A DNA stretch of 64,000 nt from Candidatus Subterrananammoxibius californiae (GCA_030586555.1 JAURAC010000002.1:110087-174086), one strand, 5' to 3'; shown: positions 29,467 through 39,101, counted from the stretch's first letter. Notes: generated from the letters alone by a model not told the origin. Numbers and translations are program-made.

Positions 29467-30170
29467 GTATAGGACCTGGTAGCATTGACGAAATAAGTCC
29501 GAGAGCGCTAACCGCCCTCAAGGCATCTGAGTGCATTGTAGGCTATAAAACTTACCTTCATTTGATAAGGAATATAATCGGGGATAAGAAAACCATCCAG
29601 TCTGGCATGGGAAAAGAGGAGGAACGCTGTACAGCCGCACTTGCGGAGGCATGTCGAGGCAAGATAGTATCAATTGTAAGCAGCGGAGATCCTGGCGTTT
29701 ATGGTATGGCAGGGTTAATCCTCGAGATTATAAGTAAGTCCCCGGTAAAAATTCCTATTGAGATTATCCCTGGCATTACGGCTGCAAGCGCCGCCTCCTC
29801 ACTACTCGGGGCACCGCTTGGACATGACCACGCCGTTATTAGCTTAAGCGACCTCCTTACTCCCTGGGAAATAATCGAAAAAAGGCTAAAACTTGCTGCG
29901 GAGGGTGATTTCATTGTTGTGCTTTATAATCCTAAGAGCACACAGAGGACGTGGCAGATTGAAAAGACAAGAGAAATCTTCCTCAATTATAAACTGCCCA
30001 ATACCCCTGTTGGTATTGTAAGAAATGCAAGGCGAGAGGGGGAGTCAATTACAATCACCACCTTAGGAAAGATGTTAGACCATCATATTGATATGACAAC
30101 ACTTGTAATTATTGGAAATTCCGATACCTTTGTATTCAACAGCTTCATGGTAACGAGACGGGGGTACTAA
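29460..30170 (+). CDS. cobJ: Precorrin-3B C17-methyltransferase (start uncertain)
   Basis: VGIGPG, SSGDPGVYGMAG, ISLSDLLTPW, YNP, RGY. Confidence 0.92.
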   Translation: MVGIGPGSIDEISPRALTALKASECIVGYKTYLHLIRNIIGDKKTIQSGMGKEEERCTAALAEACRGKIVSIVSSGDPGVYGMAGLILEIISKSPVKIPIEIIPGITAASAASSLLGAPLGHDHAVISLSDLLTPWEIIEKRLKLAAEGDFIVVLYNPKSTQRTWQIEKTREIFLNYKLPNTPVGIVRNARREGESITITTLGKMLDHHIDMTTLVIIGNSDTFVFNSFMVTRRGY

Positions 30171-30299
30171 TTTTTTTAAAAAAAATAAGAAAGTAGACGC
30201 TTAACGATTTTCGTGGTATAATTATTATTGAAGTTAAATATTCAGCGCTTAATAAATAGACTCTAAAACTCTACAAGGAACGTAAGGGGATGATGCAGG

Positions 30300-30671
30300 G
30301 TGGAAAAAATCCTCATAATAGATGGTAACGATGACCAGCGCCGTTTATGCGAGATAGAGCTAAAAAGCGAAGGCTACGAAGTAATAACAGTTCGTAATGG
30401 CTGGGAGGCACTTTTAGAAACAAAGAACCGTGTGCCTGACGTTGTTGTACTCGATATAATGATTCCGGGTATGGACGGAATCGAACTGCTAAGCAAACTT
30501 ATCTCCATTAATAGGAATCTGCCCATCATTATTCATACCTCTACAGATGACTATAGAGATAATTTTATGACATGGTGCGCCGATGCCTATATTACCAAAT
30601 CTTTAGACCTCATGGAATTGAAGGATAAAATCAGGGAATTACTGGATAAGTCAAAAAGGGCTTATGTCTAA
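30300..30671 (+). CDS. Stand-alone response regulator receiver
   Basis: ILIID, VVLDIMIPGMDG, YITK. Confidence 0.9.
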   Translation: MEKILIIDGNDDQRRLCEIELKSEGYEVITVRNGWEALLETKNRVPDVVVLDIMIPGMDGIELLSKLISINRNLPIIIHTSTDDYRDNFMTWCADAYITKSLDLMELKDKIRELLDKSKRAYV

Positions 30672-30725
30672 AACCCCGTAGCAAATTTTGCAGCGAGGCA
30701 AAGGTACTCTAAAAGGAGGTGAAAC

Positions 30726-31058
30726 ATGAAGGGCAATTTCTGGAGTGGAAAAATACCTTGCTGGGATATGCATGAGTGCCCGGCAAGCCTTCGGAATGAA
30801 TGCCCCGCCTATATTTATCGGTTTTCTGGCTATCCATGCTGGGAAATCGAAGGAACATTTTGCAAAATAAATACCAGCAAAGGTACTGCTACATGCATAG
30901 AAAGATGTTATAACTGTAACGTCTATATGAAGTATGGTGAGGCAGAACCGATTACCATAAAAAAGAGGGGCGTTGGTAACAAACATGTTAGCCTTTTACA
31001 GGCAATAATGAGGCGGGAAGAATACGAGTGGCTACTGAAGCACGCCGGCAATAAATAA
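30726..31058 (+). CDS. Small Cys-rich 'two-CW' domain protein
   Basis: CWDMHECP..CPAY..CWEIEGTFC..C..C..C; SD AGGAGG. Confidence 0.7.
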   Translation: MKGNFWSGKIPCWDMHECPASLRNECPAYIYRFSGYPCWEIEGTFCKINTSKGTATCIERCYNCNVYMKYGEAEPITIKKRGVGNKHVSLLQAIMRREEYEWLLKHAGNK

Positions 31059-31214
31059 TCATACTTAGAAGCTAAATATACATTACTGTATTCTTGCTTA
31101 TGAAGATTTTGTGTTGTTAAATTTATAGCCTTTTTAACTATAAATGTTATAATATAAACTTACTTTTTGAAAAAAGTAAGTTTTTTTGTTTTGTAGACTG
31201 GAGCAAAGTGAAAA

Positions 31215-32405
31215 ATGAATAAGATAAAGATTGCTGAGGGAGTTTATTGGGTCGGCGCTATTGACTGGAATGCAAGGAGCCTTCATGGAGACAATTATGT
31301 CACCCATCACGGAACTACTTATAACGCATATCTTATCATGGACGAGAAGATTACCCTGGTAGACACGGTGCACGGGCAATTTGTTGATGAAATGATGGCA
31401 CGTATCAAAGAGGTCGTTGACCCTGACAAAATTGATTACGTAGTGTGCAACCATATAGAACCCGACCATTCAGGCGCCCTTCCAGCAGTAATGAAGATTA
31501 TCCCTCAAGCAAAGGTTATATGCACCCTTAGAGCAAAAGATGGTCTTCTTAAACATTATTTCAGTAATTGGAACTTTTTGACTGTAAAGACCGACGACGA
31601 AATAAGCATCGGCAAAAAGACTTTGAGATTTATCGAGGCATCCATGCTCCACTGGCCAGATACCATGTTCACCTATATTAAGGAAGATGCGCTCCTCTTG
31701 CCCAACGATGCCTTTGGACAGCATTTCGCCAGTTCGCAAAGGTTTGCCGATGAAGTTGAAGAAAGTATAGTCATAGATGAGGCGGCAAAGTACTACGCCA
31801 ACATCTTGATGCCGTTTGGTCAATTAGTCATAAAGAAAATTGAAGAAATTCAGAAATCTGGCATTCAAATCGAAACAATTGCACCAAGTCATGGTCTTAT
31901 ATGGCGAAAGAATCACGAAAAAATAATTAGTGCATATCTCCGTTGGGCAAAAGGAGAGGCTAAAAAACGGGTCCTTGTAATTTATGAGTCAATGTGGAGA
32001 AGTACCGAAAAGATGGCTACAGCGATAGTCCAAGGAATCCAGGATGGAGATATAGAAGCAGTGCTATACAAAATTTCTGCCACAGACCATAGCGATATTA
32101 TTAAAGAGGTTCTTGAGGCTAAAGCCATTCTGATAGGCTCACCTACCGTAAATAACGGCGTTCTGCCAAATATAGCGCCACTTTTAGATGACCTTAAAGG
32201 ACTGAGACCGAAGGATAAGATTGCTTTCGCATTTGGTTCTTACGGCTGGGGCGGCGGGGCAGTGAAAACCGTAGAGGAAAAATTCAAACAGGCAGGGATG
32301 ACAATATTCGAACCGGGTCTAACGGCAAAATGGGTCCCCGACGCTGATGAGTTGAAAAAATGCCATGAGCTGGGGAAAAGAATTGCAGCGGAGGTAAAGA
32401 AGTAA
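31215..32405 (+). CDS. fprA: Flavodiiron protein (FprA/NorV family)
   Basis: NHIEPDHSG, HWPD, DAFGQH, PSHG, FGSYGWGG. Confidence 0.95.
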   Translation: MNKIKIAEGVYWVGAIDWNARSLHGDNYVTHHGTTYNAYLIMDEKITLVDTVHGQFVDEMMARIKEVVDPDKIDYVVCNHIEPDHSGALPAVMKIIPQAKVICTLRAKDGLLKHYFSNWNFLTVKTDDEISIGKKTLRFIEASMLHWPDTMFTYIKEDALLLPNDAFGQHFASSQRFADEVEESIVIDEAAKYYANILMPFGQLVIKKIEEIQKSGIQIETIAPSHGLIWRKNHEKIISAYLRWAKGEAKKRVLVIYESMWRSTEKMATAIVQGIQDGDIEAVLYKISATDHSDIIKEVLEAKAILIGSPTVNNGVLPNIAPLLDDLKGLRPKDKIAFAFGSYGWGGGAVKTVEEKFKQAGMTIFEPGLTAKWVPDADELKKCHELGKRIAAEVKK

Positions 32406-32416
32406 TTTCTCTTTAC

Positions 32417-32902
32417 CTATTTTTGTCTTTTCTTTAGCAACGAATCTAAAAAATCCAAAAAATCACTTATATCATTTGAAATTAAATCCCTAACAATAAG
32501 CACCTTCTCAGCAACAATTTTAAATTTCTCTTTATCTAAGTCAGTAGCGTATGCATGTCTGAAAAAATGACGAAATGCCCTTATTTCATCTAAACATTTA
32601 AAACTTTCCTCAGAAATTAACGCAGGTCTAATATCCTGAATCTCCAGACCCATCCTTTCAAGAAGAGATTTGTGCCAGTAGTCCTGCTCCACCGTGTTTT
32701 CAAAGGTCCTTGCCACATTTCTGAATATATTTTCAAATCCCGAATAAAGCTGACTAACATAGAAGGCAGCTTCCACTAATTTAGAATATTCTTTAGAAGT
32801 TAGAAATTTATTATAAGAATCCTCAAACCTACTAAAAAGTTGGTTCAATTTCTTATACTCGTTCTTTATCTCACTTTTGAGTATGGCTATTTTTTCTTTC
32901 AT
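32417..32902 (-). CDS. HEPN-domain RNase toxin (HepT-like)
   Basis: WHK.LL, RAFRHFFRHAY (RxxxxH). Confidence 0.85.
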   Translation of the reverse strand: MKEKIAILKSEIKNEYKKLNQLFSRFEDSYNKFLTSKEYSKLVEAAFYVSQLYSGFENIFRNVARTFENTVEQDYWHKSLLERMGLEIQDIRPALISEESFKCLDEIRAFRHFFRHAYATDLDKEKFKIVAEKVLIVRDLISNDISDFLDFLDSLLKKRQK

Positions 32903-33248
32903 AAATAAGGATTCCCTTGTTTTTCACCTCACGGGCAAACGGTAGTTCATCCAATACTCTCACATCGGTTTCCCTCTCGATTTGCTTATTAATCTCAGAA
33001 AAAAGGTGTAATAAATCCTCAAAAGCAATTTTTGGCTCAATGGCTATATCAATGTCAGAGTATTTATGGAAGGTAGTATCAACAAATGAACCGTATAGAT
33101 AAACCTTCTTAATTCTATATTTCCTCCAAATAATCTCCAGGGATTTAAGTTTTGAAATAATTTCGTCTCTTTCCTTCTCTCTTAATAACCGTTCCCTTTT
33201 TTCCTTATTGAAAAGATAACTTCTTACATTTTTTAAACTAACACCCAT
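32871..33248 (-). CDS. Minimal nucleotidyltransferase antitoxin (MntA-like)
   Basis: YLYGS...SDIDIA. Confidence 0.88.
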   Translation of the reverse strand: MGVSLKNVRSYLFNKEKRERLLREKERDEIISKLKSLEIIWRKYRIKKVYLYGSFVDTTFHKYSDIDIAIEPKIAFEDLLHLFSEINKQIERETDVRVLDELPFAREVKNKGILIYERKNSHTQK

Positions 33249-33385
33249 AACTTTTTCCTAAACCCTGATTACCTCAGGCAGGATAGACTAAACACTTTAT
33301 ATATAATAAACTGTGGAAGTGTCAAGAAATTTGTTTAAACCAATAATAGCCTGCCTGTGCGAACTCGTAGTTATGGATTAATAAT

Positions 33386-33458
33386 AAAATGGGTACCCGA
33401 TGAGCTGAAAAAATGCCATGAACTGGGGAAAAGAACTGTTGCAGAGGTAAAAAAGTAA
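33386..33458 (+). pseudogene. Orphan diverged copy of the fprA 3' end
   Basis: KWVP--DELKKCHELGKRTVAEVKK* aligns to 32327..32405. Confidence 0.85.
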
Positions 33459-33492
33459 TCCCCAATTGAACGAAGGAGATGGAATCTCTTTT

Positions 33493-33707
33493 TTAGAGTT
33501 CTTCCCACTCATTCCTTGCAATCTTTCCCTGTCGCAATATTCTGACAAGAAGTTCTGTACCAATGTCACTTCGATGAGGATTAGGAATCGTCAGCTTGGT
33601 TTCTCCTTTGACCATGTATTGATGTTTACCGAGTACCACGGACAAACCCTCCTGAGGCAGGCAAGTTTGTCCGTGCCACCCCGCTTAATAGGACCAAATG
33701 CCGGCAT
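33493..33707 (-). pseudogene. hicA: Disrupted HicA toxin
   Basis: MPAFGPIKR, then a palindrome, then out-of-frame GKHQYMVKG..LTIPNPH..DIG.ELL.RILRQ. Confidence 0.8.
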
Positions 33708-33952
33708 TACTTAGTCACTTGTTCAACGGTTAGTTCGATGCCGTCTATTACTGGCAACGAGTGTCCGAGTCGCAAACCTAATACAAGCCACCCTTCCAAA
33801 ACCTCTTGCAACTGTTCACGGCAGGCTTCAAGCGTATCGGCATTAGCATAAACACCGTCGAATCCAGAAATCTCCCCATAAAAGGTGCCATCGTCTTTCA
33901 AAATTTCATATCTTGCCCGGCGCATGGCAGCACGAATATACTCTGTTAACAT
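33707..33952 (-). CDS. hicB: HicB family antitoxin
   Basis: MLTEYI.AAM..A.YE...GEI..F.GV.A...TLE.CR. Confidence 0.88.
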   Translation of the reverse strand: MLTEYIRAAMRRARYEILKDDGTFYGEISGFDGVYANADTLEACREQLQEVLEGWLVLGLRLGHSLPVIDGIELTVEQVTK

Positions 33953-33982
33953 CTTGGCTTCCTCCCGGTGTAATAAAGTTAT

Positions 33983-34480
33983 CTACTTTAGCAGCGCAAG
34001 TATCTCCTTTTCAAAATCTTCTTCCGGAACATAGCCAACGTGTCTGCTCTTTGTTTCCCCATCCTTACCGATAATGAGGGTAGTTGGAATCCCTTCTACC
34101 TTGTACGCATTGCCAATCTCATTATCTCCAAAAAAGATAGGGTAGTTTATTCCAAACTCCTGAACAAAGGTCTGTACCTCTTGTATACCCTTTTTAATGA
34201 ATAGGGAAACCCCTATAATCTCTAACCCTTTGTCTTTGTATTTCTTGTACAGATTAATAAATCCTGGTATCTCCCTTCTACAGGGTGGACACCACGTTGC
34301 CCAGAAATCTACAATCAAGACAGTCCCCTTTTTGGATGAAATCTTTTCTTTTAGTTCTGAAAGGTTTATAGGTGTCACGGTAATAGTCTCGGTTTCACCG
34401 CGAGAGGTTACTGTTGCAAGACAAAAACAAGATACGACTATTAAAATACAAACACTAACCCTTGAATATATATTCTGCAT
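33983..34480 (-). CDS. TlpA-family thiol-disulfide oxidoreductase, exported
   Basis: FWATWCPPC, GIPT, N-terminal hydrophobic segment. Confidence 0.9.
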   Translation of the reverse strand: MQNIYSRVSVCILIVVSCFCLATVTSRGETETITVTPINLSELKEKISSKKGTVLIVDFWATWCPPCRREIPGFINLYKKYKDKGLEIIGVSLFIKKGIQEVQTFVQEFGINYPIFFGDNEIGNAYKVEGIPTTLIIGKDGETKSRHVGYVPEEDFEKEILALLK

Positions 34481-34774
34481 TATGAGCTTCCTTTCTGTGC
34501 TGAATGTTATCAAATCTGATAAACAACGGGCTTTTTGTTTGCCGGTCAGAAGGTCCACTCTGGCGGACGCCAATCCCTCGAAGCAGATAAAACCTCATTA
34601 TCTATCTATAATATCACAGTAAGGCATTATCTTAATAAAAAGAAATTTCCATGTCAACTCAAAAAGCAAGGATTATGTGAAGATGCTTCTAATGGAGAGA
34701 TTTTTCTCCACTTGAATGGAGAAAAAGGCGGCAACTATTTCCTTATTGAAACGAACGGTCTATGATAGCACGCA

Positions 34775-34882
34775 TCAAAACAACTGGTGCATAATTGAGA
34801 GGAAAATAATACTGGCAACTAACCAGAAAATAATCCATTTCTCTATTTGGACAAAATCTGTATGTATCTTTACCCTTCTCAT
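34775..34882 (-). CDS. 35-aa single-TM peptide (not in ORF track)
   Basis: MRRVKIHTDFVQIEKWIIFWLVASIIFLSIMHQLF*, G-rich SD. Confidence 0.4.
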   Translation of the reverse strand: MRRVKIHTDFVQIEKWIIFWLVASIIFLSIMHQLF

Positions 34883-34997
34883 ATTACTTCCCCCCAATAT
34901 TGCTAATGCCGTTCCAGCTTTTTCTACCTAATCCTGTACCAATTTTATTGCTACGGAATTTAGTTGGAACGGCACTAAAGATACATGTGTAAGGGAT

Positions 34998-35120
34998 TTA
35001 TATGGTTAACAATGCATACATAAGTACAAGGAATGCTGTAATGCCAAGTACAATAAGTGTATACATCATTCCTTCTACTGCTATTCGCTGTATTTGTTTG
35101 GTATCTATAGAAAGTCTCAT
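34998..35120 (-). CDS. 40-aa single-TM peptide (not in ORF track)
   Basis: MRLSIDTKQIQRIAVEGMMYTLIVLGITAFLVLMYALLTI*, SD GGGGGTG. Confidence 0.45.
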   Translation of the reverse strand: MRLSIDTKQIQRIAVEGMMYTLIVLGITAFLVLMYALLTI

Positions 35121-35207
35121 AGCAGGTCACCCCCATCCTTTAGTATAAAAATCCTCATATAACATTACAATTATACCACATTTAATGAAGTTTGTAAAGT
35201 TAAGGAT

Positions 35208-35268
35208 AGGTTAAAGGTGATAGGCGATAGGTGAACATATTGCCCATCGCCCATCGCCCTTCGCCCTT
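35208..35268. repeat. Inverted heptamer array (AGGYGAT)n...(ATCGCCC)n
   Basis: Four units plus four reverse-complement units. Confidence 0.7.
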
Positions 35269-35291
35269 TTCATGGGAAGAAAGTGGTGTGT

Positions 35292-35672
35292 TTACTCCTC
35301 GGAAGGTTCTTCTTCAGGTTGTGTTTCTTGCGTCTCTGCTGCGGTCTCTTCCTGGACAGGCTTTTCTTCACTTATTGCTTCTTCAGCCTTTTCAGGTTCC
35401 TCCTCAGTAGCTTCTTCTACAGGTTTTGTTTCTTGTTCCTCACCAACCGCGGTTGCTTCTTGTGCAGGCTGTTCTTCGCTTGTCACCTCTTCAGCCTTTG
35501 CGGGTTCCTCAGCCTTTTCCTCTTCTTGAACCTCTTTCTTTGCTTCTGCCTGAGTAGGTGCGCCGGGGTTAATCTTATTGAAGTTTAACATTACAACAAC
35601 AAGTGCAACACCGCTTAAAATCATTGCAGAAACAAAAATTGACCCCACAATCTTTCTTAACAAATCTTCCAT
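35292..35672 (-). CDS. Hypothetical single-TM protein with Glu-rich disordered tail
   Basis: SD AAGGAG, TM helix, E/A/P-rich C-terminus. Confidence 0.7.
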   Translation of the reverse strand: MEDLLRKIVGSIFVSAMILSGVALVVVMLNFNKINPGAPTQAEAKKEVQEEEKAEEPAKAEEVTSEEQPAQEATAVGEEQETKPVEEATEEEPEKAEEAISEEKPVQEETAAETQETQPEEEPSEE

Positions 35673-35758
35673 TGTATCTCTCTCCTTTAAAATTGTTCTA
35701 CCTTCCCTTTTATCCCATCCTTGCAAAGGAGTGAATTGCGGGGTGGTATGTTTAATAT

Positions 35759-37174
35759 TTAATCCTTCAGTCTTTTTAATATCTCATGACAAAATGTAGT
35801 AAGGGTGTCATCCCTGGCGCCCATAACGATGACGGTCGTAGTAACTTGCCCATTGCCAAGAGTTTGCCCTTTTAATGCTTTACTTATTTCATCAACTATG
35901 TCATTTCTTTCAGGAACATAAAAAGCGTTAATGCCGTCCTGGTATAATCTGTTAATAATATCACTGGATGATATATTTTTATTTGCCGTGCCACCTGCAT
36001 AAAATATTTCTGGCATAAATAACATATCGGAAGAAGAGAGCTTCGCTTTAAAGGCGGCAATAAGCTCCTCCTTCAGAAAATTAGTTGGTCCATACCCATG
36101 GGGTTGAAATACTACGATGAGCCTTTCTGCGCTAAGTCTTGCTGCATCTATAGCAGCCATTATTTTTGCGGGATTATGGGCAAAGTCATCTATAATCTTG
36201 ATACCATTAACTTCACCAATTAAATCCATCCTGCGACTTATTCCCTTAAATGACTTCAGCGCCGCAAATATTTTATCATCCGATATACCTAAACTTTTTG
36301 CAACGGAGATTGCTGCGGCAGCATTTGAGACATTATATAAACCCTGAATATTTAGCTCAAATGTTGTGCCGTTTGCCTTGAACCTTGAACCGTGCGGGGG
36401 ACACACTACATCTTTTATACGTATCTTCGCATCAGGGCTACTGCCGTACGTAACAACATTTTTGGAACGTAAGCTAATATTTCTAAGCTCTGGGCAATCA
36501 GCATTGATGACCAGCGTCTCCGTGGTATTCTTTATGAAGGAAGAAAATAATTGTGATAGCTCATCTACAGGTTTATGGTCCTTTGAGATATTTGTAATAA
36601 CGCCAACCTTAGGTCTATAACCTATAATACTTCCATCACTTTCGTCTGCCTCTATAGTCATCAGCGTAGATTTTCCTACCTTAGTATTTCCGAGGAAGGT
36701 GTTGGTTGCATAGTTCTTAATGTAACCTCCAATTAGTATTGTAGGGTCAAGTCCTGCATAATCAAGTATCCAACCAATCATCCCGCTTACCGTTGTCTTT
36801 CCATTGGTGCCCCCGATGGCTATGCCGTATAGATTATTGAAGATTTCTGCAAGCAAGTCAGCCCTTTTTATTATAGTAATGCCCTTTTCTCTTGCTTCTT
36901 TGACGTCAGGATTATTATCCTCAATTGCCGATGAAACAACCAGGCAATTTGTCGAGCCGTTGACGCCAGAACCATCCTGCGAGAACAATTTTATGCCTTG
37001 ATGCTCAAGCGCAGAAAAGAGGTGGGGAAAAAGTCTCCTGTCGTTATTTCTATCAGACCCCGAGACAGTACGCCCTTGAGCCTGTAACAACTGGGCAATT
37101 GCGCTCATGCCAATACCACCTATCCCAACAAGGTGGTAAGACATCATCCCCGCAGATTTAAGCTTATTGTTCAT
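35759..37174 (-). CDS. murC: Mur ligase, MurC/Mpl-like
   Basis: GIGGIGMSA, GTNGKTT, EADESD, DDFAHNP, FQPH. Confidence 0.75.
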   Translation of the reverse strand: MNNKLKSAGMMSYHLVGIGGIGMSAIAQLLQAQGRTVSGSDRNNDRRLFPHLFSALEHQGIKLFSQDGSGVNGSTNCLVVSSAIEDNNPDVKEAREKGITIIKRADLLAEIFNNLYGIAIGGTNGKTTVSGMIGWILDYAGLDPTILIGGYIKNYATNTFLGNTKVGKSTLMTIEADESDGSIIGYRPKVGVITNISKDHKPVDELSQLFSSFIKNTTETLVINADCPELRNISLRSKNVVTYGSSPDAKIRIKDVVCPPHGSRFKANGTTFELNIQGLYNVSNAAAAISVAKSLGISDDKIFAALKSFKGISRRMDLIGEVNGIKIIDDFAHNPAKIMAAIDAARLSAERLIVVFQPHGYGPTNFLKEELIAAFKAKLSSSDMLFMPEIFYAGGTANKNISSSDIINRLYQDGINAFYVPERNDIVDEISKALKGQTLGNGQVTTTVIVMGARDDTLTTFCHEILKRLKD

Positions 37175-37854
37175 CCCTTTTTTAGAAGGTCGGGCCTTTT
37201 ACTTTGTGTGCGTTTTAATGATTGTTCGGTTCGCCACTGCTTGATGCTTCCGTGATTTCCAGAAACAAGTATCTCCGGCACCTTCATACCACGAAAATCC
37301 GCAGGGCGTGTAAATTGAGGATATTCAAGCAATCCGCCTGTGAAGGACTCATCGCTTGGCGATTCCGCATCGCCAAGCACGCCGGGAACTAACCTAACCA
37401 CCGCATCAATGACGACCATTGCAGGTATTTCCCCACCCGAAAGGACATAGTCACCGATGGAAATTTCAATAGCATCAAGCCCGATACGGACTCTTTCGTC
37501 AAAACCTTCGTAATGTCCGCATACCAGTATCAAATGCTCCTCTTTTGAGAGTTCATGGGCAACCTGCTGTGTGAATTTGATTCCCTGTGGTGTTAGCAAT
37601 ATCTTTTTGGAGGGGGTTGAATCCTGCTTATCTACCGCTTCAATGGTTCTAAAGACGGGTTCAGGTCTCATAACCATTCCCGGTCCCCCACCGTAAGGCC
37701 TATCATCAACCTTCTTGTGTTTATCTTCTGAGAAATCCCTTATATTCCAGATGAAATATTGAACAATCCCCTTCTCCTGAGCCCTTTTCAACATGCTCTG
37801 GCTTAGCACCGCAGGAAACATTTCTGGAAATAGTGTTAATATATCAATACGCAT
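37171..37854 (-). CDS. trmD: tRNA (guanine-N1)-methyltransferase
   Basis: DDRPYGGGPGM, CGHYEGFDER, GDYVLSGGE. Confidence 0.98.
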   Translation of the reverse strand: MRIDILTLFPEMFPAVLSQSMLKRAQEKGIVQYFIWNIRDFSEDKHKKVDDRPYGGGPGMVMRPEPVFRTIEAVDKQDSTPSKKILLTPQGIKFTQQVAHELSKEEHLILVCGHYEGFDERVRIGLDAIEISIGDYVLSGGEIPAMVVIDAVVRLVPGVLGDAESPSDESFTGGLLEYPQFTRPADFRGMKVPEILVSGNHGSIKQWRTEQSLKRTQSKRPDLLKKG

Positions 37855-37924
37855 GGTCTTTACTTTACCTATTTTTTAGCTTTGCGTGAAAGAATTTGTT
37901 TCACGCAGAGAACGCAAAGGACGC

Positions 37925-38137
37925 TTAAGAGTATGCCTTTTCACAACCTTCTTCTATTGCTTTTGACATTAGTTGTAAATCATTATCAGGAATGCTTCCT
38001 TCAAATCGTAAAAGACTTTTTCCTTTGACCCCTTTCGGAATTAAGGCTTTTGCAAAATCAAGTACACGAAGCTGAAGGTCATAAGGAAGTTCGTCAATTT
38101 GGGCAATAAGCTTATCTTTTACAGATGTATTTGTCAT
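37925..38137 (-). CDS. Orphan DUF2281-like antitoxin
   Basis: LPYDLQLRVLDFA..L, G.I..DL..M..AIEEGCE. Confidence 0.65.
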   Translation of the reverse strand: MTNTSVKDKLIAQIDELPYDLQLRVLDFAKALIPKGVKGKSLLRFEGSIPDNDLQLMSKAIEEGCEKAYS

Positions 38138-38159
38138 AAATCCACCCTCTTTTCAAATT

Positions 38160-38354
38160 TCATAATCCTTGCCAAGCCTCATCCTCCTCTGGTCTTAGCC
38201 AATCTTTTTTTAAAGAGGATTCACTTGCTATAGCAATATCCAGTCTTTCTTTAATTGTCTTTGTCTTTAGAAAGTGAACAAAATCCAGTACTTCATCAAG
38301 AAAAGGTTCAAGAACCTGTTCAATCTCATTTATTAGTAATGACCTTTTATTCAT
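38160..38354 (-). CDS. Orphan DUF2281 antitoxin
   Basis: EVLDFV.FLK, ASESSL.KDWL.PEEDEAW. Confidence 0.75.
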   Translation of the reverse strand: MNKRSLLINEIEQVLEPFLDEVLDFVHFLKTKTIKERLDIAIASESSLKKDWLRPEEDEAWQGL

Positions 38355-38449
38355 AATACCTATCTCTTATTTTACGCACCGTTTCAACTGCTTTTACTGC
38401 CATTTTTTGTCAACCATTTTAGCCGAGTTTTGTGAAAATGTATAGTTTC

Positions 38450-38520
38450 TGTCACCCTGAACTCGTTTCAGGGTCTGAGATGCTGAATCAAGTAGATGCC
38501 GAAACAAGTTCGGCATGACA
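38450..38520. repeat. Double-hairpin element with TGTCA...TGACA ends
   Basis: TGTCACCCTGAACTCGTTTCAGGGTCT and AGATGCCGAAACAAGTTCGGCATGACA; related hairpin near 51284. Confidence 0.7.
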
Positions 38521-38543
38521 TGCTTTACTATTTTGCGACTTTA

Positions 38544-38672
38544 TTAACCTTTAACAGCTATCCCTTGCTTTTTGAGCAGGACTGCTACTGATTCTGAGGG
38601 TTGTGCGCCTACACTAAGCCAGTATTTAATCCTATCCTTTTTCAGTAAGGCTTTCTTTGCATCATTCGGTTC
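38544..38672 (-). pseudogene. Orphan diverged copy of the rpsP 3' half
   Basis: EPNDAKKALLKKDRIKYWLSVGAQPSESVAVLLKKQGIAVKG* aligns without gaps to 39431..39559. Confidence 0.92.
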
Positions 38673-38685
38673 AACGAGCTCCGTC

Positions 38686-39101
38686 TCATTTACCTAACAA
38701 AAGTGCCTTAAATTCTGCTTGAACAAAATGGTCATCGGCAGCAAGGGCATCTTTAATTCCGTATCTTTTCATTACAACAAAAGATATACAATCTGTAAGC
38801 CCCCAATCTTTATCTTTTCTTTTATCAAAGAATTCAAGCCCCTCCTTGATAAGGGGCGTGGTTATTGGCACGACTTCTACATTCTCCGTCTCATAAAAAC
38901 CCTTGATAAACGCTGAACAGCTTTGACGAAGACTTTGTTTAGAAAGAACGTTTCCTATTTCTAATAAGATTGCTTCCGTGGTAACAACTTTGTTAGGTCG
39001 TGAGGTAAGCTCCTTCAGTTCTTTTGCCTGCTTATGAAACTCGTCTGAGGTATTAAAAAGGCCAAAACATAACTTGTATCTACAAAGATTTTACTCTCCA
39101 T
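38686..39101 (-). pseudogene. VapC/PIN toxin, frameshifted near 39060
   Basis: MESKIFVDTSYVLA | LFNTSDEFH...EIGN...LTDCISF...DDHF.QA; one base missing at a T tract. Confidence 0.8.
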
